Origin: Planctomycetota bacterium | GTDB lineage: Bacteria; Planctomycetota; UBA8108; SXIK01 | Length of the DNA stretch: 64,000 nt | Assembly (NCBI GenBank): GCA_965223845.1 | Contig: CBDCXR010000004.1 | Coordinates: 288,001-352,000 of the forward strand | Reading direction: 5' to 3' | In this document: piece by piece, positions 58,201 through 64,000 of the stretch | Numbering within the stretch: the first letter of the stretch is position 1 | Layout of the letters: every line of letters begins with the position of its first letter | Program-made: the position numbers and the translations under genes | Notes under the pieces: generated by a model | The model's database searches: none | The model's input: the letters and a program-made list of their open reading frames with translations, nothing else | What the model was told of the DNA's origin: nothing

Positions 58201-60687
58201 GCGGAGCGGCAGAGCGACGATTTTAGCCATCTCCGGGTGCGAACGGCGCGGCGAGGGACGCCAAACGCGTACGTTCGGGACGCGCTCGAGCGATTCACGG
58301 AGAGCGAGCTCGTCCGCCTCGAGGTGAACGCGACGGGTTTCGACGTCACTCCTGTGAGTGCGGACGAGGTCGCGCGCTGGCACGAAGCGAATCGGCGAGA
58401 GCTGTCCGAGCCGCCGCGCGTCGATCGCGAGTTTGACGAGCTTCTCACCCTCGCCGAAATCGCCGAGCTCGACGGGGCGGCCGGCGCTCCGCCGAGCGAG
58501 GCGCGCTTCGGCGGGAAGGCGTCTCACCTCGCGAGGCTTCAGGAGACGCTCACCGGCGAGTTCGAGCGCTATCGGAGGAGCGGCTTTGCGATACCGATCG
58601 CCCACTACTTCGAGTTCCTGAGCTCGAATACGATTCCCTCGCTCGGCGATCCCGACACTGAAGTGACGTACGCGGAGTACCTCGAGGAGCTGCGCGGAAG
58701 CGACGAGTTCGTGAGCGATTCTGCGCGGCGCTTCGAGCTGCTCGCCGCATTCCGTGAGCACATCGAGGATCACGGTGAGGTTTCCGCGGCACTTGTTCGT
58801 CGCGTCGCGCTCAAGGTGGCGGCGGTATTCGGGAGCGCGTCGACTCCGATTCGGCTGCGCTCGTCGTCGAACCTCGAGGATGCCCTCGAGTTCAACGGCG
58901 CCGGTCTCTACGACTCGACGTCGGCGTGCGCCGCCGATGATCTCGACGCGGATTCGGGCGGACCGTCGCGCTGCGATGCCGCGCGAACCGAGGAGCGTGG
59001 CATCGCGCGCGGTCTCAAGCGGGTTTGGGGGAGCCTCTGGAACTTCCGCGCGTACGAGGAACGCGCGTTCTACGGTGTCGACGAGACCGAGGTTGCGATG
59101 GCGGTTCTCGTCACCGGGGCGTTCACCGACGAGCGCGCGAACGGCGTCGCGTTCACCGGCGACCCGTCGGGGGCGGACGACCGCTTCGTCATCGTCGCGC
59201 AGGTGGGGGAGAACAGTGTCGTGAGCCCCGAGCCGGGCGTCGCCGCGGAGCGGAGCCTTCTCGAGGTCGTGGACGGCGAGGTCGTCTCGATCGTCCGCGC
59301 TCGCGCGTCGTCTCTCGTCGAGAACGGCGAGTCGGTGCTCGACGACGACGCGCTCCGCGAGCTCGGTACCGTACTCTGGCATCTCGCGGAGACGTATCCC
59401 GTCGATCTCGGCGGGCACGCTCAGAGCGACGTTCTCCTCGACGTCGAGTTCAAGCTCGACGCGGACGGAAAGGTCGCACTCAAGCAGGTGCGGCCGTTCC
59501 TCCGGACTCAGTCGTCGCAACCCGAGCCCGTCTTCGAGCTCGTCATACCTCCGGGGACGCTCGCCTGCGGTAAGTTCGACATCGCGCGAGATCTGCGCGA
59601 GGAGTATCGACACCAGAGCGTGCTTCGCTTCGTGCCCGGACGCGTCGCGCTCGCGGCCGGAGCGGAACGCTTCGCCGCGAGCATCGTCGAGGACATCGAG
59701 TTCGGGCCTGAGCGCCAACTCGCGACTCCGAGCGGACCCGGGGAGTTTACCGTAACGAAGAGCCGCACGGTCGACGGCGACGATCGGTACCGGTTCGATT
59801 ACGAGCAGGAATTCGCGCTTGCGGACGATTCCCGGGCGAAGCTCGAGATCTTCGGGCTCGAGTTTTTCGCGCGCGACGGGATCGCGTTCGAGCTTTCGCG
59901 TACGGTCGACGACGAACTCCTCACCGACGCCTTGGCCGCGGAATTGACGCCCGCTGACGGCGGCAATTTCACCCGGATCGAGTATTCATCCTGCGCGTAC
60001 GGGCAGCTTCCTCTTTGGATCGTCCACGCGGAGATCGCCGACGGCACGGTACTTCGTCTCGAGGAGAGATTCCGGCGTGAGCCGGAGGAAGAGACCGGAC
60101 CCGCCGCGCTCGTCCGCGCGGATGTCGAATTCGGTGAGACGGTGGGCGGAGGTGCGCAGACGATCACCGACTACTGGAAGCTCGTCTACACGGCGGTGCG
60201 TCACAATCGCGAAGTGAACTACCTCGTTCTCCTCGAGACCCCTGTCGAGCTTGCGGGCCTCGACGCACCGGTTCACGCGATCGAGCTCGTCCCCCCCGAC
60301 CCGTTCCACGAAGTCGACGTCGGCGCGCGCTACCTCGGCGCGGGGCTCGAGCTTCTCACTCGCGCCGAGCTCGTCGAGTTCGATCGCTCGCCCGCCGACG
60401 ACCCGGAGAATCGGCCGTTCCGCCGCGGCGATGCGACCGGAAACGGCAGCCTCGAAGTGAGTGACGCGCTCGCCGTGCTCCGGTATCTCTTTGCGCGCGG
60501 CGACGTTCCCGGCTGTCTCAAGGCGATCGACGCGAACGACGACGGCCGACTGAACGTCACCGATGCGGTGAAGATCCTCCTTCGCCTCTTCGGAGAAGAC
60601 GAGGGGCTGCCCGAACCCTTCGACCGTTGCGGACTCGACCCGACGCCCGACGAGCTCGGGTGTGAGTCGTCCGGCGCGTGCGCGTGA
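55222..60687 (+). CDS. Secreted FG-GAP repeat + phospho-His/PEP-pyruvate-binding (dikinase-like) + dockerin-like protein
   Basis: Signal peptide, DCNGNG repeats, many GDxDGDG repeats, FSHLRVRTARRG, FGGKA, RSSSNLED...GAGLYDS, DVEFK..KQVRP and FRRGD tail. Confidence 0.85.
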   Translation: MPPRRSFARLLLSCVLVSSASLAGTSLVRAADCNGNGVDDASDVESGTSDDCNLDGVPDECEVAALRFGATDAVVPLDQRARVLRSVDVDGDGDMDLVTGNRQSRQLSTVSVLRNRGDGTFESAAYSAAIDDETDSLYALEILDLDGDGDPDLVSANEAALLLLFNEDGRGEFSPPVSVPLPVESRIIASGDVDGDGHKDVAVAHRGGGAVTILRSDGAGGLSPAGELELPEEARSLRLADFDGDGRTDLASAGRSADGIFFLGDGAGGFGPAATVSLGARSAELAIAADLNADGRADLVARTSRSLFVVFAGDEGGFAPPVAIPGVPRSALAADADVDGDFDLVIGQIGKVTVRTNDGAGRFGISFDSVLPTNPIALAAGDFDGDHVPDLALAAVAGSTSEVIVLRGGAESAASVVSDPVPLTGCADPRGCRPHSGTSGDFDGDGKLEVLASITHPGSFAITTTKSGDLEFEGIHVFGGEHPQSVAAGDIDGDGDTDAVTVDNLDHNLYVHVNDGSGSFGRSPSRYRVGNAPINVALFDIDGDGALDAASADESGGTVTVLFSDGAGDFSDGKQTLRVGGNPKAVAAGDLDGDGDGDVAVAIPSRGRVSVLLNIGERRFGEESSYQTSGQPNHVTMGDFDGDGDLDLATANSSQTSSIFLNAGDGTFGEATQVAIGQRPYSVMAVDFDGDGWLDLVTGNEASSNVSILPGRGDGTFDAPTHVEGGNGLRFVAPGDWDEDGDLDLATIDREGHSITILRNESPASLPDYLERLCTPREYELLSARSTTRGGADRFLKFTIAADDDDALLPAAFQNTDRYELHLDFLEQVFPERFGGLTPAEYAQLVEKRSTRRYFAGVVSRIRRPTGTLYGFSVVADFGDPVERLDAAEMKDVYERLRRHVHLEPLAYAPATRDAIAVAEGWEDPGFPVELGDADAGLAYESYTSGIAYGRVRVLDGDAFDEANESGRLSARDILVLERAPRDIEGVVGGVITAERQSDDFSHLRVRTARRGTPNAYVRDALERFTESELVRLEVNATGFDVTPVSADEVARWHEANRRELSEPPRVDREFDELLTLAEIAELDGAAGAPPSEARFGGKASHLARLQETLTGEFERYRRSGFAIPIAHYFEFLSSNTIPSLGDPDTEVTYAEYLEELRGSDEFVSDSARRFELLAAFREHIEDHGEVSAALVRRVALKVAAVFGSASTPIRLRSSSNLEDALEFNGAGLYDSTSACAADDLDADSGGPSRCDAARTEERGIARGLKRVWGSLWNFRAYEERAFYGVDETEVAMAVLVTGAFTDERANGVAFTGDPSGADDRFVIVAQVGENSVVSPEPGVAAERSLLEVVDGEVVSIVRARASSLVENGESVLDDDALRELGTVLWHLAETYPVDLGGHAQSDVLLDVEFKLDADGKVALKQVRPFLRTQSSQPEPVFELVIPPGTLACGKFDIARDLREEYRHQSVLRFVPGRVALAAGAERFAASIVEDIEFGPERQLATPSGPGEFTVTKSRTVDGDDRYRFDYEQEFALADDSRAKLEIFGLEFFARDGIAFELSRTVDDELLTDALAAELTPADGGNFTRIEYSSCAYGQLPLWIVHAEIADGTVLRLEERFRREPEEETGPAALVRADVEFGETVGGGAQTITDYWKLVYTAVRHNREVNYLVLLETPVELAGLDAPVHAIELVPPDPFHEVDVGARYLGAGLELLTRAELVEFDRSPADDPENRPFRRGDATGNGSLEVSDALAVLRYLFARGDVPGCLKAIDANDDGRLNVTDAVKILLRLFGEDEGLPEPFDRCGLDPTPDELGCESSGACA

Positions 60688-60821
60688 TCGCCGCCGGGCG
60701 AAGCGATGCTGGACCGGCGTCCGGAGCGAGCGAGTTTCCGCTCCCGTGGGCCTCGGCCATCCGCTATCGTTGCTGAGAGCGGTATTGCCGGTGTTCGAAG
60801 GTCGGTCGGACGGAAGCGGAC

Positions 60822-63662
60822 ATGAGTTTTGCTAAGCGATTCTGCGTCGTCGCCTTTCTCGTTTTTGGGTTGGGACTGAGAGCGGACGCCGACATTCTGA
60901 CGCCGGCCGAAGTCCGCGCGACGAGCCAGTTCGGACTCGGGATCGAGATCGACAATCTCGTCAACGGCTCGGGGCTCGACGGCGAGGGTCCGATCGAGGG
61001 ACAGCTCCACAACAACGATCCAAATCATATGTGGTTCGCGGGCTGTGCGGACGCCGGCATCGAGGGCGGGACGCCCGACGGCGGGTGCGACGACCCGTTC
61101 GCGCTCGCGCCGGTTGACGAGCAGATCGTCGAGTTCGAGCTCGACGCGACCTACGCGCTGAGCTCGGCTCTCGTGTGGCAGTACAACGAGCTCAATCCGA
61201 ACGGTGGTCCGTTTCCCGGGCGAGGCGTGAAGAAGTTCGAGCTGCAGATCTCGCCGACCCTCACGGATCCGTTCACGATTCTCGGCGAGGTCGAGCTCGA
61301 GATCGCGGAGCCCGACCCGACGCCGGGTGTGTTCTCCGAAGCCGCGCAGATCGTTCTGTTCGCGGGCGACCCCCTCGTAAGGCGGGTGCGTTTTCGGCTT
61401 CTTGAAGCACACAGCGGCGACTCGCCCGAGTTCATCGGGCTCTCCGAAGTGAGGTTCGACGGGGTGCCGACGTTCGGTCCGTTGCCGCCTCGCGTGACGC
61501 GGTTCCTCTCGCGGAGTACCTTCACGGACTCGTCGACGCCGGTGAGCGTAAGACTCGACGTCACCGTCGAGCCCGACACCGGGCCGTTCGAGATCGCCCT
61601 TGTCGAGAACTTGCGGGACGGCTGGACGGCGACCGACATCTCGGACGGCGGAAGCGTCGCGGAAGGGACCGTGAGCTGGATGCTCTCCGCAGTCGCTGAG
61701 AGCACGACTCTCTCGTACACGCTCGTACCCGACGACGTGACGATGACGCCAGTCGAGCTGTCGGGATCGTTCATCGTCGACGGCGGCGACTTCACGGGCG
61801 ACGTCGCCGGGGATCGACATCTCACTTGGTCGGAGAGCGCGCCCGCAATCACGGCGCAGCCCCAAGGCGGGAGGGTGATCGTGGGAGGCTCGTTCACGTT
61901 CTCCGTTGAAGTGACGGGGTCGGAGCCGATCAGCTTTCAATGGGAGAAGGACGAGGAGGCGATCGATGGTGCGACGGAGCGCGAGCTCGTCCTCACCGAT
62001 GTCGCCTTCGAGGACGCCGGCGAGTACTCGGTCGTGGTGAGCAACGCCGAGGACGTCATCGTGAGCGATTTCGCGCTCCTCGAAGTCACACCGCCGAATC
62101 TCGCGCTCTGCGGAATCGCGACTCAGTCGACGACGCTTTTCGACAGCGTCGCGTCGCGCGCGATCGACGGCAGCACGGACGGCAGTACCGATGCCGTGAC
62201 GCACACGACGTTCGGGGATCCCGTTCCGTGGTGGGAAGTGAGACTCGGCGCGAGCGCGACGATCGACACGATCGTCTTGTGGAACCGAAACGAGCTTCCC
62301 GAGCGCCTCTCGAACTTCACGGTCTCCGTGCTCACCGTCGATCGTGAGGTCGTGTGGAGCGACGAGTTCTTCCCCGAGGGGGCGAACCCGCCGTTTCCCG
62401 ATCCCGCGAGCGGCGGATTCGCGATCGACATCGGCGTCGAGGGGCGGATCGTTCGCGTCGAGAAGGGCGAGAGCGTCAACCTAACGCAAATCGGCCAGTT
62501 CCTTTCGCTCGCGGAAGTCGAGGTGTTCGGAACGGAGGCGTGCACCCCCGAGCCGGATCCCGAGTGTCCGGCAGACGGTGATCCCGACTTCGGCGATACG
62601 CACTGCGGCTCGATTGCGATCGAGGGACCGGACGGAAACGCTGTCGGCGACTATCTCGTCACGGCGCAGGGCACCGACGACAGCGGCGACACGGTCCATT
62701 ACACGTTTACGGCGGTCCACCAGGTCTACGGAACGACGCACACGCGCGGTCCGCACGCGGTTCCTTGGGCTTATCTCCCGCTCACGTACGGAGCGTGGGA
62801 CGTCACGGTCACCGCTGACGACTTCTCTTCGTGCGACGATGAGGCCGTCGACGCAACGTGCACGGACACCGTGACGGTGACCGATCCGACTTGCGTCGAG
62901 GGCGAGCTCTGCAACGTCGCGATCCGCGGTCTCGCGAGTCAGTCGTCTATCTTTCTCTATGAGGCACGGCTCGCGATCGATGGGAACACGGACGGAAACC
63001 TCAACAACAACACCGTGACCCACACCGGCTTCGACGACCCCGCGCCCACGTGGGAAGTCGAGCTCGATCGGGACTACGCGATCGAGAGAATCGTCCTTTG
63101 GAACCGGACGGATTGCTGCTCCGAGCGCCTGACGAACTTCGCCGTGACGCTTTTCGACGCGAACGGCGACGAGGTCTGTCGAGAGGAGTTTTTCACGGAC
63201 GGCACGGAGTTCCCGGACACCATGGTCGAGGGCTTCGCCGTCGAGCTCGAGGGGGAAGTGGGGCGCACCGTGCAAGTGGCGCTACAGAACACGCATCCGG
63301 GATTCAATCAAAGCCAGTTCTTTCTCTCGCTCGCTGAGGTTCAGATCTTCGCCGAGGACGAGGGGATGCCGCCGGTCGAGTTCCGTCGCGGCGACGTCAA
63401 CGACGACGCCGGCGTGAACATCGCGGACGCGATTTTCGTCCTCAACGATCTCTTCGGTGACGGCCGATCCTCGACTTGCGCGGAGACTCAGGACGTGAAC
63501 GGCGATGCGGCGGTGAACATCGCCGACGCGGTGTTTCTTCTCAACAACCTCTTCGGGACGGGGCCGTCTCCGATCGACGGCGCGGGCGAGAAGGGGACGG
63601 ATTGCGGACCCGATCCGAATCCGGCCAACTCGCTCGGCTGCGAGACGTACACGAGCTGCTGA
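60822..63662 (+). CDS. Secreted protein with Ig-like, two F-type lectin/discoidin and dockerin-like domains
   Basis: PAITAQP..FQW..DAGEYSV; AIDG..THT..WWEV..WNR; NRTDCCSERL; FRRGDVNDD tail. Confidence 0.85.
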   Translation: MSFAKRFCVVAFLVFGLGLRADADILTPAEVRATSQFGLGIEIDNLVNGSGLDGEGPIEGQLHNNDPNHMWFAGCADAGIEGGTPDGGCDDPFALAPVDEQIVEFELDATYALSSALVWQYNELNPNGGPFPGRGVKKFELQISPTLTDPFTILGEVELEIAEPDPTPGVFSEAAQIVLFAGDPLVRRVRFRLLEAHSGDSPEFIGLSEVRFDGVPTFGPLPPRVTRFLSRSTFTDSSTPVSVRLDVTVEPDTGPFEIALVENLRDGWTATDISDGGSVAEGTVSWMLSAVAESTTLSYTLVPDDVTMTPVELSGSFIVDGGDFTGDVAGDRHLTWSESAPAITAQPQGGRVIVGGSFTFSVEVTGSEPISFQWEKDEEAIDGATERELVLTDVAFEDAGEYSVVVSNAEDVIVSDFALLEVTPPNLALCGIATQSTTLFDSVASRAIDGSTDGSTDAVTHTTFGDPVPWWEVRLGASATIDTIVLWNRNELPERLSNFTVSVLTVDREVVWSDEFFPEGANPPFPDPASGGFAIDIGVEGRIVRVEKGESVNLTQIGQFLSLAEVEVFGTEACTPEPDPECPADGDPDFGDTHCGSIAIEGPDGNAVGDYLVTAQGTDDSGDTVHYTFTAVHQVYGTTHTRGPHAVPWAYLPLTYGAWDVTVTADDFSSCDDEAVDATCTDTVTVTDPTCVEGELCNVAIRGLASQSSIFLYEARLAIDGNTDGNLNNNTVTHTGFDDPAPTWEVELDRDYAIERIVLWNRTDCCSERLTNFAVTLFDANGDEVCREEFFTDGTEFPDTMVEGFAVELEGEVGRTVQVALQNTHPGFNQSQFFLSLAEVQIFAEDEGMPPVEFRRGDVNDDAGVNIADAIFVLNDLFGDGRSSTCAETQDVNGDAAVNIADAVFLLNNLFGTGPSPIDGAGEKGTDCGPDPNPANSLGCETYTSC

Positions 63663-63668
63663 TTCGCG

Positions 63669-64000
63669 TCAGCGCGGAGGTTTCGCGGGAAGCGCCATCC
63701 TCTCGACGAGGTCGCGGAAGCGCGTATCGTCGCGGAGCTCATCGAACCACGGCTCCTCGCGAACGAAGACGAGCTCCCAAGCGCGCTCGCGGTAGGCTTC
63801 CTCGAGGAGCTCGTACGCGCGTTGCTTCTCGCGGAGACCGACGCAGATATAGGCGCGCTGAACGGGCGGAACGTGCCAGCGTTCGGCGGCGCGTTCGAGC
63901 TCCTCGAGAACCGCGCGCGCTTCGGTTTCGCGACCGGCTTCCGCGTAGGCGTGACCGAGTCCCGCGTACACTTCTGCCGTCTTGTCCGAAAGGCGAGCGG
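63669..64000 (-). CDS. 3' end of a TPR-containing protein (starts outside window)
   Basis: LGHAYAEAGRETEARAVLEEL...LEEAYRER...PWFDELRDDTRF. Confidence 0.75.
   Translation of the reverse strand, partial: ARLSDKTAEVYAGLGHAYAEAGRETEARAVLEELERAAERWHVPPVQRAYICVGLREKQRAYELLEEAYRERAWELVFVREEPWFDELRDDTRFRDLVERMALPAKPPR

Noticed and set aside
57034-59718. Long antisense ORFs (894 aa here; also 4731-6362, 9706-11385, 60330-62204 and others)
   Set aside because: These are shadows of well-supported genes on the opposite strand in high-GC DNA, with no recognisable motifs.

Overview
GC-rich bacterial chromosomal window. The gene content (TIGR02999-type ECF sigma/Ser-Thr kinase pair, DUF1501, Trx/PDZ protein, many dockerin-like-tailed secreted proteins) suggests Planctomycetota; this is inference, not a database result. 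1-6.1 kb is ordinary chromosome: scpB, tRNA-Arg(ACG), an SPFH protein and tRNA-Ser(TGA). 6.1-28.1 kb is two decaying genomic islands in tandem at the tRNA-Ser 3' half (61-bp exact duplication at 19499-19559, degenerate copy at 28025-28073). Island 1 carries a stand-alone TOPRIM protein, a 5'-truncated tyrosine integrase, a 5'-truncated PA14 protein, a 2.2-kaa Rhs toxin and a candidate immunity gene. Island 2 carries a wHTH protein, a probable orphan toxin tip with immunity gene, a Kazal/antistasin-DUF1501-beta-propeller operon and a Doc remnant. In both islands the toxin/immunity pair is followed by the same module: GAACCCGGT hairpin repeats, a conserved ~250-nt non-coding segment and the 3' end of a probable HUH/RAYT-like transposase. 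In island 2 a 34-bp exact copy of the immunity gene lies between two of these repeats; this module is the best candidate for an undescribed system. 28-64 kb mostly encodes secreted proteins. Five share a C-terminal dockerin-like domain, one being an FG-GAP protein fused to a glucan-water-dikinase-like His+ATP module. There are also two ECF sigma systems and two genes with in-frame UGA codons that are probably selenoproteins. All family calls rest on motif recognition by eye.
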